From positions 111,191 to 175,190 of the forward strand of contig DASWKF010000017.1 in assembly GCA_036396795.1 (NCBI GenBank): a stretch of DNA of 64,000 nt, in the 5' to 3' direction. This document shows positions 35,334 to 44,131 of this stretch, piece by piece. This DNA comes from Gammaproteobacteria bacterium. Its GTDB lineage: Bacteria; Pseudomonadota; Gammaproteobacteria; Steroidobacterales; Rariloculaceae. The position numbers and the translations under genes were made by a program. Below the pieces are notes generated by a model that saw nothing but the letters and a program-made list of their open reading frames with translations, was not told the DNA's origin and ran no database searches. The stretch's first letter is position 1; each line of letters opens with the position of its first letter.

Positions 35334-35439
35334 GATCTGTCCTTCCCTTGACATGATTCATTCAACGCCAATGATGCCACTGAAAGGCCCGCGGGTGCGA
35401 GAACCTGGTCGTCTTTGGCGTTGAGCGCCGGTTGATGCG

Positions 35440-35526
<87 letters not shown>

Positions 35527-35544
35527 ACGGTGGGAAGGCGCTCG

Positions 35545-35573
35545 AATGTATAGACTGCCCCGGAGGCTGTCAA
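35545..35573 (-). promoter_or_regulatory. Candidate sigma70 promoter for tRNA-Leu
   Basis: The minus strand reads TTGACA-N17-TACATT followed by a GC-rich discriminator (CGAGCGCC), about 12 nt upstream of the mature tRNA 5' end. Confidence 0.45.
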
Positions 35574-35716
35574 ACGCCCGACGATCCTTCCAGCTCAAAG
35601 CTCCGAGCGAGCCGCCGAATACCGCCGCGACAGGCTGAACAGGCGATTTCCGCTTGTCCTGCCGCTATGATGCCGCTGATGATTCCTCACTTCCCCTGCC
35701 GATACGTTCCCTGCTG

Positions 35717-37912
35717 ATGGCGCGGCGAGAAAGAAAACCGCGGCCGGACAAGCAGCCCAAATACGAGCACGCGATACCTTCCCGGGATGAGATTCTCAAG
35801 ATAATGGAGGTCGCCGGGCGTCCGCTGGCGCTCGACGCGCTCGCCGGACAATTCTCGATCCGCGGGGAGCAACACCAGCGCGCGCTCGAGAACCGCCTGA
35901 AGGCAATGGTGCGCGACGGCCAGCTGTTGCGAAACCGCGCCAAGGCGTATTGCCTGACGGGCCATCTCGATCTCGTCACGGGCCGTGTGCAGGCGCACCG
36001 CGACGGTTACGGCTTCGTAATCCCCGACGACGGCTCGGAAGACATCTATCTTTCGGCCCGCGAAATGGCCTCGCTTTGGAACGACGATCGCGTGGCCGTG
36101 CGCGCGAGCATGAGCCGGCGCGGCGGCCGCGAGGGCCGCCTCGTCGAGGTGCTGACGCGCGCTCACGAGGAAGTGGTCGGCCGCTTCGTGCGTGAGCGCG
36201 GCATCGATCTCGTGCTTGCCGAAGGCGGGGGCCGTGCACGGGTGCTGATCCCGCGCGGCGAGACGGGCGGGGCGCGCGCGGGCGACATGGTTCGCGCCGA
36301 GATCGTGCAGCATCCGACCCAGAGGACCGATGCGATAGGGTGCGTCATTCGCGTGATCGGGCGGGTCGACGACCCGGGCATCGAAACCGACGTCGCGATC
36401 CTCGCTCACGGCATCCCGAACGAGTGGCCTGAATCCGTGCAGATCCAGATGGCGGCATTGCCGTCGCAAGTCCCTGCGAGCGCCAAGCGCGACCGCGAGG
36501 ACCTGCGCAAGCTGGCGTTGGTGACCATCGACGGCGAGGACGCTCGGGATTTCGACGACGCCGTCTACGCCGAGCGCCACGGCGACGGCTGGCGGCTCAT
36601 CGTCGCGATCGCCGACGTGAGCCACTACGTCTCGCCGGATACCACGCTCGACGTCGAGGCGCGCGCGCGCGGCACCTCGGTCTATTTCCCCGACCGGGTC
36701 GTGCCGATGCTGCCGGAAACCCTGTCCAACGGTCTGTGCTCGTTGAATCCGAACGCCGACCGCCTCTGCCTGTGCTGCGAGATGGCCATCAGCGCAAACG
36801 GCGAGGTGCGCCGATCACGGTTCTTCGAAGGCGTAATGCGCTCACATGCGCGCATGACTTACACGGAGGCGGCGGCGATGCTCGACGGCGAGAGAGACGC
36901 CGGCAAGCGGGAAGCGCTCGCACCGAGGCTCGAATGCTTGCACGAGGTCTATCGCGTGTTCGAGCGACGCCGTAAACACCGCGGCGCGATCGATTTCGAT
37001 CTGCCGGAGACCAAGATTCTGCTCGACGATCGGGGCCAGGTCGCGGACGTGTGCGTCGCAGAAAGGCTCATCAGCCATCGCATCATCGAGGAGTGCATGA
37101 TCGCCGCCAACGTCGAGTCGGCGAAGCGCATGCGCCAGGGCCGCATCCCGGGTCTCTATCGCGTGCACGAGGGCCCGGATCCCGAGCGCATCGAGGAGCT
37201 GATGGTGTTCCTGCAAAGCTTAGGTCTCAGGCTCAACTCCCCGGAGAAGCTGACGCCGAAAGACGTGAGCCGCCTGATCGAAAGTGTCGCAGGACACCCG
37301 GAGGCCGAGCTGATCGACGCGATGGTGTTGCGCTCGATGAGGCAAGCCCACTACCAGCCGCGCAACGTCGGGCATTTCGGCCTGGCGCTGCCGGCGTACG
37401 CCCATTTCACCTCGCCGATCCGGCGTTATCCGGATCTGCTCGTGCACCGCGCGCTCAAGTGGCTGCTCGAGCACGGCGGCAGCAAGGGCTATCGCCATGC
37501 TTTCCCGGAGATGGAGCAGCTCGGCGAGCATTGCTCGAGAGCCGAGCGGCGCGCCGACCAGGCCGTCTGGCAGGTTGAGGAGCGCCTGAAGTGTGCGTTC
37601 CTCAAGCAACGCATCGGCGAGGAGTTCGATGTGCTCGTATCGAGCGTCGTGCCTTTCGGCCTGTTCGTCAGGCTACACGACTTGCAGATCGACGGGCTCG
37701 TGCACGTGACGGCCCTGCCCGAAGACTACTATCATCGCGAGGCGGGCGGCTCGATGCTGGTCGGCGAGCACTCCGGCAACCGCTACCGCGTGACGGACCG
37801 GCTGCGGGTGCGGCTGGTCAACGTCGACGTTGCGGAGCGCAAGATCGACTTCGTGCCCGTGAATGCAAACGGCGAGCCGCCGCCCCGAAAACGGCGGGAA
37901 GGCCGCCGCTGA
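35717..37912 (+). CDS. rnr: Ribonuclease R
   Basis: ORF trimmed to ATG 35717. RNB catalytic motifs (DGEDARDFDDAV, YFPDRVVPMLPE, HFGL...YAHFTSPIRRYPDL) and a C-terminal S1 domain. Confidence 0.95.
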   Translation: MARRERKPRPDKQPKYEHAIPSRDEILKIMEVAGRPLALDALAGQFSIRGEQHQRALENRLKAMVRDGQLLRNRAKAYCLTGHLDLVTGRVQAHRDGYGFVIPDDGSEDIYLSAREMASLWNDDRVAVRASMSRRGGREGRLVEVLTRAHEEVVGRFVRERGIDLVLAEGGGRARVLIPRGETGGARAGDMVRAEIVQHPTQRTDAIGCVIRVIGRVDDPGIETDVAILAHGIPNEWPESVQIQMAALPSQVPASAKRDREDLRKLALVTIDGEDARDFDDAVYAERHGDGWRLIVAIADVSHYVSPDTTLDVEARARGTSVYFPDRVVPMLPETLSNGLCSLNPNADRLCLCCEMAISANGEVRRSRFFEGVMRSHARMTYTEAAAMLDGERDAGKREALAPRLECLHEVYRVFERRRKHRGAIDFDLPETKILLDDRGQVADVCVAERLISHRIIEECMIAANVESAKRMRQGRIPGLYRVHEGPDPERIEELMVFLQSLGLRLNSPEKLTPKDVSRLIESVAGHPEAELIDAMVLRSMRQAHYQPRNVGHFGLALPAYAHFTSPIRRYPDLLVHRALKWLLEHGGSKGYRHAFPEMEQLGEHCSRAERRADQAVWQVEERLKCAFLKQRIGEEFDVLVSSVVPFGLFVRLHDLQIDGLVHVTALPEDYYHREAGGSMLVGEHSGNRYRVTDRLRVRLVNVDVAERKIDFVPVNANGEPPPRKRREGRR

Positions 37913-38735
37913 GGCGGCGGGCGGGCTCTCAAAGAGGGAGGGTGCCGAGATAGCGTCCCGTCGACATCGCCACGGCGCGAATCTCGTTTACGGCCTGCAC
38001 GCCGTGTGGGCGCTGCTCGACAAGCGCCCGGACGGCATCCTCGCGGCGCGGGTCTTGCGCGGGTCCAGAGCGGGATCCTTGCCTGAGATCGAGCGCAGGC
38101 TCGCGTTCTTGAAAATCCCCGTGAGCCACGTCGAGCGCCAGGAGCTCGACCGGCTCACGCAGGGCGCGGCTCATCAGGGCGTCGTCGTGCAAACCCGGGG
38201 GCTCGCCGAGATCGGTATCCGCGAGCTCGAGACGCTGGTGCTCGAGCGCGGCAAGTCCGTGCGGCTGCTGGTGCTCGATCAGGTGCAGGACCCGAGAAAT
38301 CTAGGCGCCTGCCTGCGCACCGCCGATGCCGCCGCCGTGGATGCCGTCGTGATTCCCAGGCACCGCGCCGCCGCGCTCACGGCCACGGCCGTCAAGGCCG
38401 CAACCGGCGCCGCCGAGAGCGTGCGCCTGGCGCGGGTCGCCAACCTGGCGTCCACGCTGCACTGGCTCAAGGACGCGGGCGTCTGGATCGTGGGCGCCGA
38501 TGCCCAGACCCAACGCTGCCTCTACGATACCCAGATCGGCGCGCCGATTGCAGTGGTCGTCGGCGGCGAGGGCCGAGGCCTGCGCCGTCTAACGCGCGAG
38601 CTCTGCGACGAGATCGTCAGCATTCCCATGCACGGGACCGTGGCGAGCCTCAATGTCTCCGTCGCGGTCGGTATCTTGTTGTTCGAGCTCGACCGCCAGA
38701 TCCGAGCCCGCAGCCCCGCAAGGCGCGTGACTTGA
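37863..38735 (+). CDS. rlmB: 23S rRNA (guanosine-2'-O)-methyltransferase RlmB
   Basis: VYGLHAV..., DQVQDPRNLGACLRTADAAAV and IPMHGTVASLNVSVAVGILLFE closely parallel E. coli RlmB. The only in-frame ATG/GTG/TTG upstream of the conserved N-terminus is ATG 37863, 50 nt inside rnr. Confidence 0.9.
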   Translation: MQTASRRPENGGKAAAEAAGGLSKREGAEIASRRHRHGANLVYGLHAVWALLDKRPDGILAARVLRGSRAGSLPEIERRLAFLKIPVSHVERQELDRLTQGAAHQGVVVQTRGLAEIGIRELETLVLERGKSVRLLVLDQVQDPRNLGACLRTADAAAVDAVVIPRHRAAALTATAVKAATGAAESVRLARVANLASTLHWLKDAGVWIVGADAQTQRCLYDTQIGAPIAVVVGGEGRGLRRLTRELCDEIVSIPMHGTVASLNVSVAVGILLFELDRQIRARSPARRVT

Positions 38736-38760
38736 GGCCCGGGCAGGCCTACAGTAGGAT
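38732..38760 (+). promoter_or_regulatory. Candidate promoter for the rpsF operon
   Basis: TTGAGG-N17-TAGGAT followed by GGCGCGCC. The -10 context TACAGTAG(G/A)AT is shared with the rpsP upstream region. Confidence 0.3.
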
Positions 38761-38835
38761 GGCGCGCCCAGATTAACAAATACTCCTTGCCTCACTGGTG
38801 TTGCTCAGGAGGCTTTTAACCGAGAGGAGCCTCGA

Positions 38836-39360
38836 TTGAGACACTACGAAGTCGTGTTTCTGGTCCATCCTGACCAGAGCGAACAAGTCCCTGCGATGAT
38901 GGAGCGGTACCGCCGCATGATCGAAGCGGCCGGCGGCGCCGTTCACCGCGAGGAGGATTGGGGCAGGCGTCAGCTCGCCCATTCGATCTCCAAAGTTCAC
39001 AAGGCCCACTATTTGCTGCTCAATATCGAATGTGGGCAGGACACGCTCAATGAGCTGACGGGCGCGTTCCGTTTCAACGATGCGGTGCTGCGCCACCTCG
39101 TGATCAAGCGTACCGAGGCGATCACCGAGGCCTCGCACATGGCCAAGGCTGAAGAAGAGGAGAAGGCCAGGGACGCGCAAGCGGCCGCCGACGCCGCTCG
39201 CGCGCGCGGGCCGGGTCGTGCAAAGACCTCCGAGCGGAGGGCGGACGACGACAGCGAGTCGCGAGACGAGGATACGGGTGGCGACGTCGCCGCGGGCTTC
39301 GACGACGATGCCGGCGCGGATGACGCTAGCGACGACGCTAGCGACAACGAGGAGAAGTAG
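38836..39360 (+). CDS. rpsF: 30S ribosomal protein S6 with ~70-aa acidic C-terminal extension
   Basis: TTG start after [24 protein letters not shown]... is canonical S6. The tail is rich in D/E/A. Confidence 0.9.
   Translation: MRHYEVVFLVHPDQSEQVPAMMERYRRMIEAAGGAVHREEDWGRRQLAHSISKVHKAHYLLLNIECGQDTLNELTGAFRFNDAVLRHLVIKRTEAITEASHMAKAEEEEKARDAQAAADAARARGPGRAKTSERRADDDSESRDEDTGGDVAAGFDDDAGADDASDDASDNEEK
39322..39345. repeat. Perfect 2 x 12-nt tandem repeat (GACGCTAGCGAC) inside the rpsF tail
   Basis: Read directly. It encodes DASD-DASD. Confidence 0.9.
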
Positions 39361-39362
39361 GC

Positions 39363-39587
39363 ATGGCGCGCTATTTTCGACGCAAGAAGTTTTGCCGTTT
39401 CACGGCCGAGGGCGTCAAGGAGATCGACTATAAGGATCTCACCACGCTCAAGGCTTACATCAGCGAGACCGGGAAGATCGTTCCGAGCCGGATTACCGGC
39501 ACCAAGGCCCACTACCAGCGACAGCTTGCGACTGCGATCAAGCGCGCCCGTTACTTGGCGTTACTGCCCTACACGGACCAGCATTGA
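39363..39587 (+). CDS. rpsR: 30S ribosomal protein S18
   Basis: [26 protein letters not shown]... is canonical S18. Confidence 0.95.
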   Translation: MARYFRRKKFCRFTAEGVKEIDYKDLTTLKAYISETGKIVPSRITGTKAHYQRQLATAIKRARYLALLPYTDQH

Positions 39588-39618
39588 GCCGCGGCATGGC
39601 TCGGTTCAACCCGGTGTC

Positions 39619-40494
39619 GTGACCGCCTTCGTCTTATGGCTGTTGCAGCGCCGCTATCGGCTGATCATCCTGGCGATTGCCGTGGCGCCGATGATCCCGT
39701 TGTTGTCGGCCGCGTTGATGACGCTGGAGACACTGCGTCGCGGCCCGAACCAGGGGCTCTTGAGCGCGGCTTTCGGCCTCGCCGGCGTGCTTGTGCTCGG
39801 AGGCGTCGTCGGCACCGATCTCTCTGTGCTCGCGCCGGTCGGCGGCTTGACGATGTTGTCCGGCACCGCGCTCGGCTCGATCATCGGCTGGACGCAGTCC
39901 TTGACCCTGGCGTTTCAGGCGAGCCTGCTTGTCTGCGTGCTCGGCGTGGTCGCGGCGCTCTTCGTGTGGCCGGACCCGGGCGCGTTGATCGGCCCGCGCC
40001 TCGATTCGCTGCTCGCGGTATTGGAGGGCAACGGCGCCTCCCCGGAGCAGCTCGAAGCGTTGGCGCAGCTCGGCGGCGTGTTTTTCGGGCTGCTGGCGGC
40101 CGCAATCTTCGCCCAGGTCGTCGTTGCGGCGATACTCGGCTATTGGTGGGCCAGCCTGGCCGGGACCGAGGGGCAGCCAGGCAGCGATTTTCGCAGCCTG
40201 CGCCTCGGCAAGCTCTTAGGCATTCCCGCGACCTTGCTGATGGCCTCGAGCCTGTTGCTGTCCACGCCGGTGGTGCAGAACCTGTTTCCGGTCGCGCTGT
40301 TCGGGTTCTGTTTCCAGGGGCTTGCGGTGACGCATGCCTGGGCCCACGCCAAGCGTTGGAATCCGGCGATCTTACTGCTTGTTTATCTTTTGCTCGTGAG
40401 CCCGCTGACGGCCGTGATGATATTGGTTCTCGGCTCCATGGGCCTGACGGATAATTGGATCAATCTGCGGGCGCCGCTGCGCCCGGTCGCTTGA
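39619..40494 (+). CDS. Polytopic membrane protein of unknown function between rpsR and rplI
   Basis: ORF 39526-40494 trimmed to the first in-frame start after the rpsR stop (GTG 39619). 7-8 predicted hydrophobic helices. Confidence 0.6.
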   Translation: MTAFVLWLLQRRYRLIILAIAVAPMIPLLSAALMTLETLRRGPNQGLLSAAFGLAGVLVLGGVVGTDLSVLAPVGGLTMLSGTALGSIIGWTQSLTLAFQASLLVCVLGVVAALFVWPDPGALIGPRLDSLLAVLEGNGASPEQLEALAQLGGVFFGLLAAAIFAQVVVAAILGYWWASLAGTEGQPGSDFRSLRLGKLLGIPATLLMASSLLLSTPVVQNLFPVALFGFCFQGLAVTHAWAHAKRWNPAILLLVYLLLVSPLTAVMILVLGSMGLTDNWINLRAPLRPVA

Positions 40495-40512
40495 GGTTAG
40501 GAGTAGGCGGCT

Positions 40513-41013
40513 ATGGACGTCATTCTGTTGGAAAAAGTGGAAAACATCGGTGGCATAGGCGACCAGGTGAGCGTAAAGCCCGGTTATGCGAGAAACTATT
40601 TGATTCCGCAAGGCAAGGCCGCGCTCGCGACACCGGAGAACATCGCCAAGCTCGAAAGCCGCCGCGCGGAGCTCGAGACAAAGGCTCAGGCGGAGCTTGA
40701 CGCCGCGAAAGCACGGGGCGCCAAGCTCGAGGGCCAAGTCTTGTATCTGAAGAGCAATGCCGGACCGGAAGGCAAGCTGTTCGGCTCGATCGGCACGATC
40801 GATATCGCCGAGGCCTGCGAGGCTTTGGGGGTTCCGGTCGAGCGCAGCGAGGTTCGTCTGCCCGAGGGGCCGTTGCGGGTCGTCGGCGAGCATCCGATCG
40901 AGCTGCATCTGCATTTCGATGTCAACGTCGCAATGACGGTCGTCATCGAAGCGAGCGAGGTCGTGGATCCGGAGCCCCGAGACGAGGAAGAGACCAACGA
41001 CACCGAGGAGTGA
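40513..41013 (+). CDS. rplI: 50S ribosomal protein L9
   Basis: MDVILLEKVENIGGIGDQVSVKPGYARNYLIPQGKA is canonical L9. Confidence 0.95.
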   Translation: MDVILLEKVENIGGIGDQVSVKPGYARNYLIPQGKAALATPENIAKLESRRAELETKAQAELDAAKARGAKLEGQVLYLKSNAGPEGKLFGSIGTIDIAEACEALGVPVERSEVRLPEGPLRVVGEHPIELHLHFDVNVAMTVVIEASEVVDPEPRDEEETNDTEE

Positions 41014-41060
41014 TGCCGGCGCGGCTATGCTAAGCTCGATCGAAACGAGGCCGGCAGGGC

Positions 41061-42458
41061 ATGGTTGAAGCGATCGCAAAGTCGAAGCAGGCCGCGGCAC
41101 ATACCGAGGCCTTGCGCCTGCCGCCGCATTCCGTCGAAGCCGAGCAGTCAGTGCTCGGCGGAGTCATGCTCGATCCTTCGGCCTGGGACCAAATCGCCGA
41201 CATCGTCACCAGGGAAGATTTCTATCGCGCCGATCACCGGCTCATTTTCACGGCGATAGAGCAGCTCACGGGGCGCGACCAGCCGCCGGACGCGCTGACG
41301 GTCAGCGAGCACCTCGACCGCCAGGGCGAGCTCGCCGCTGCCGGCGGTCTCGCGTATCTGTCGCAGCTCGTCCGCGACGTGCCCAGCGCCGCCAACGTGC
41401 GCGCTTACGCAGGCATCGTGCGCGACCGCGCGATGCTGCGGCAGCTCATCGCGATCGGCGGCGCCATCGCGGCCAGCGTCCATGACGAGGAGGGCAGAAC
41501 AGTCGAGGAGCTCGTCGATCTCGCCGAGCAGCGCGTGTTCGAGATCGCTGATCACGGGAAGAGGCGAAGTCGGGGATTTACTCCTTTGAGCGTGCTTACG
41601 TCAAAGGCGATAGATCGGATAGATCTTCTGTATCACTCTACCGAGGAGATAACGGGAGTCCCAACGGGTTTTAAGAAGATGGACGAGATGACCGCCGGTA
41701 TGCAGCGCGGCGACCTCATCATTATCGCTGGGCGTCCGTCGATGGGTAAGACCACGTTGGCAATGAATATCGCCGAGAACGCTGCCATTGGGCATAAGGT
41801 GCCAACGGCGATTTTCAGCATGGAAATGTCTGCGGAGCAGTTGACCATGCGTATGATTGGCTCAAATGGGCGCATCAATCAGGCGCATTTGCGCACGGGC
41901 AATCTAACCGATGATGACTGGTCCCGCATCGACTCGGCCGTGTCGCTGATGTCGACTGCGCCGATCTTCGTCGACGACGCTCCGGCGCTGACGCCGACGG
42001 AGGTCCGCGCACGCGCCAGGCGGCTCAAACGCGAGCACGGTTTGGGGCTGATCGTGGTCGACTATCTCCAGCTCATGCAGGTCGCCGGCACGAAGGAAAA
42101 CCGCGCCACGGAGATCTCGGAGATTTCGAGATCCTTGAAGGCCCTGGCCAGGGAGCTCGACCTTCCGGTGATCGCGCTATCGCAGCTCAATCGCAGCGTC
42201 GAGCAGCGCGAAAGCAAGAAACCGGTCATGTCTGATCTTCGCGAATCCGGTGCGATAGAGCAGGACGCAGACCTGATTGTCTTTATTTATCGAGACGAGG
42301 TTTATGACCCGGAAACACCGCGCAAGGGATACGCGGATATCATCATCGGGAAGCAGCGCAACGGCCCAATCGGAGACTTTGAGCTGACGTTCCTCGCGGC
42401 CTCAACGAGATTCGAGAATCCCGTTTCCGAGGCCTACGGAGAGGGCGTACTGGGCTAG
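41061..42458 (+). CDS. dnaB: Replicative DNA helicase DnaB
   Basis: 465 aa. PPHSVEAEQSVLGG, Walker A GRPSMGKTT, IVVDYLQLM and SQLNRSVEQR motifs. Confidence 0.95.
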   Translation: MVEAIAKSKQAAAHTEALRLPPHSVEAEQSVLGGVMLDPSAWDQIADIVTREDFYRADHRLIFTAIEQLTGRDQPPDALTVSEHLDRQGELAAAGGLAYLSQLVRDVPSAANVRAYAGIVRDRAMLRQLIAIGGAIAASVHDEEGRTVEELVDLAEQRVFEIADHGKRRSRGFTPLSVLTSKAIDRIDLLYHSTEEITGVPTGFKKMDEMTAGMQRGDLIIIAGRPSMGKTTLAMNIAENAAIGHKVPTAIFSMEMSAEQLTMRMIGSNGRINQAHLRTGNLTDDDWSRIDSAVSLMSTAPIFVDDAPALTPTEVRARARRLKREHGLGLIVVDYLQLMQVAGTKENRATEISEISRSLKALARELDLPVIALSQLNRSVEQRESKKPVMSDLRESGAIEQDADLIVFIYRDEVYDPETPRKGYADIIIGKQRNGPIGDFELTFLAASTRFENPVSEAYGEGVLG

Positions 42459-42483
42459 TCCGGCAAGCGCGGCGGCTCGCCGC

Positions 42484-43272
42484 TCAGTTGACGAAGAACC
42501 CCATTTTCACGCCGGCGAGCTGAATGACGTCGTTGTCTTCGAGCTTGCGCGCCTGTGGACCGATCGGTTGGCCGTTGACCTTCGGATAATCGTCCGGCTT
42601 ACCGCTCTCGACGTGCACGATGTAGTAGCCCTCGGAGCGGCGCGTTACGGCCGCGACTTGAACGCCCGGGCGGCCTAAAGTCGTAAGTGCTTTGGTCAAA
42701 TCGAGCTCGCGGCCGGCAAACGTTCCGGATAACACCTGCAGCTTGGCTCTCGGCAACACCGGCGCCGCCTGCTCGTCGACGTTTTGGGTGCTCGTCGGGG
42801 AGAATCGCTTGGAAGCAGTGCCAAGCGCAGCCGGGCGGCTGCCCGGTGCCGCAGCCCTGCCGCCGCTGGCGGCGGCTTCGGCGGCGCGCGCGACCTTGGC
42901 GATCTGCTCCTCCATCCTGCCGCTCGGCTCGATGACCATGGTTTTCTCGAATTCGTCCTGCTGACCGCCGGCGGCTTCCTCGGCCTGATCATCCACGTAG
43001 CGCAGCTGGTGGTGCCCGGCCGTGATCACGTCGCCGTGCTGCAGCGCGTGCTTCTTGATGAGCTTGCCGTTGACGTAAGTGCCGTTGGTGCTGTTGAGAT
43101 CCTCGAGGAACGAGTCGTTGAGAATGTTGATGATCAACGAGTGATGCCCGCTAACGGCCGCATTGTCGATACGGATGTCGTTGTCCGGCAGACGCCCGAT
43201 GGTATAGCGCTCCTTGGTCATGTTGTACTCGGCCAGGGTTTGCCCATCTAAACTCAGTATCAAACGTGCCAT
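42484..43272 (-). CDS. FHA-domain protein (canonical N-terminal FHA plus degenerate C-terminal FHA-like domain)
   Basis: N-terminal TIGRLPDNDIRIDNAAVSGHHSLI...STNGTYVNGKLI. Ala/Pro-rich linker. The C-terminus reads LTTLGRPG...KVNGQPI...NDVIQLAGVKMGF. Confidence 0.85.
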   Translation of the reverse strand: MARLILSLDGQTLAEYNMTKERYTIGRLPDNDIRIDNAAVSGHHSLIINILNDSFLEDLNSTNGTYVNGKLIKKHALQHGDVITAGHHQLRYVDDQAEEAAGGQQDEFEKTMVIEPSGRMEEQIAKVARAAEAAASGGRAAAPGSRPAALGTASKRFSPTSTQNVDEQAAPVLPRAKLQVLSGTFAGRELDLTKALTTLGRPGVQVAAVTRRSEGYYIVHVESGKPDDYPKVNGQPIGPQARKLEDNDVIQLAGVKMGFFVN

Positions 43273-43286
43273 CGTATTCGTTCCGA

Positions 43287-44111
43287 TTATCCAAACAGGT
43301 TACGAACTCTAGCCAGCAGCCCCGCATTGGCGGGGAATGCGTCCATCACGCGCACCAGCACGACCGAGACGTTGTCCCGCCCCCCGTTGTCGTTGGCGAG
43401 CTTGATGAGCTGCTGGCCGATTGTATCAATATTATTGTTAAACGTGCTGATCGTTAGGTGGATATCCTCGTCCTCGACCATGTCGGGCAGGCCGTCGGAG
43501 CACATCAGGATGTAATCGTCCTTCTCGACGTCGACCTCCTGCACCTCCACCTCGACGTTCGGTTCCACGCCCAAGGCTCGGGTGACGTAGTTCCGGTTGG
43601 TCGATCGCTGAGCTTCCTCCTGGGAATAGAAGCCGCGGTCGACGAGCTCCTGGAGCAGCGAATGATCCATGGTAATCTGCTCGAAGCGATTGTCCCGCAT
43701 CCGGTAAAGCCTCGAGTCACCGACATGCGCGATCGACACGCGATTGTCGTAGAACAGGCAAGCGACCAAAGTCGTGCCCATGCCTTCGCATTGCGGTTGT
43801 GATTTTGCTGTTTGGTTGATGATCTTGTTGGCTCTGTGGACGGCGTCGCGGAGCACGATCGTCTGCCGCATGTAGCCGGTGCCGGACTCGATGTCCGAGC
43901 GGTCTTCGCGCTCGCAGGCCTCCGAGACCAGATCGATGATGGTCTTGACCGCGATGCCGCTCGCGACCTCGCCGGCGTTGTAGCCTCCCATGCCGTCGGC
44001 AAGCACCCAAAGACCGATCTCCTGGACGCAACCGATCGCATCCTCGTTGTGATCTCTGACCCTGCCGGTGTCACTGAGCTCGATGTGGGTGAACTTGTTT
44101 TTCAGGCTCAT
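43287..44111 (-). CDS. PP2C-family Ser/Thr protein phosphatase
   Basis: DTGRVRDHNEDA, LADGMGGYNAGEVAS, CSDGLPDMV and GGRDNVSVVLVRV motifs. Confidence 0.9.
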   Translation of the reverse strand: MSLKNKFTHIELSDTGRVRDHNEDAIGCVQEIGLWVLADGMGGYNAGEVASGIAVKTIIDLVSEACEREDRSDIESGTGYMRQTIVLRDAVHRANKIINQTAKSQPQCEGMGTTLVACLFYDNRVSIAHVGDSRLYRMRDNRFEQITMDHSLLQELVDRGFYSQEEAQRSTNRNYVTRALGVEPNVEVEVQEVDVEKDDYILMCSDGLPDMVEDEDIHLTISTFNNNIDTIGQQLIKLANDNGGRDNVSVVLVRVMDAFPANAGLLARVRNLFG

Positions 44112-44131
44112 TGGGAGACTCTGCCCGTGCT

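Noticed and set aside
35334-35439. Possible terminator after tRNA-Leu (CCCGCGGG palindrome followed by CCTTTC on the minus strand)
   Set aside because: The stem is only a self-complementary 8-mer with essentially no loop, and there is no proper U-tract. Not convincing as an intrinsic terminator.
42459-42483. Hairpin between the convergent dnaB and FHA genes (GCGGC...GCCGC)
   Set aside because: The stem is short and imperfect and no T-run is present on either strand. Insufficient to call a bidirectional terminator.
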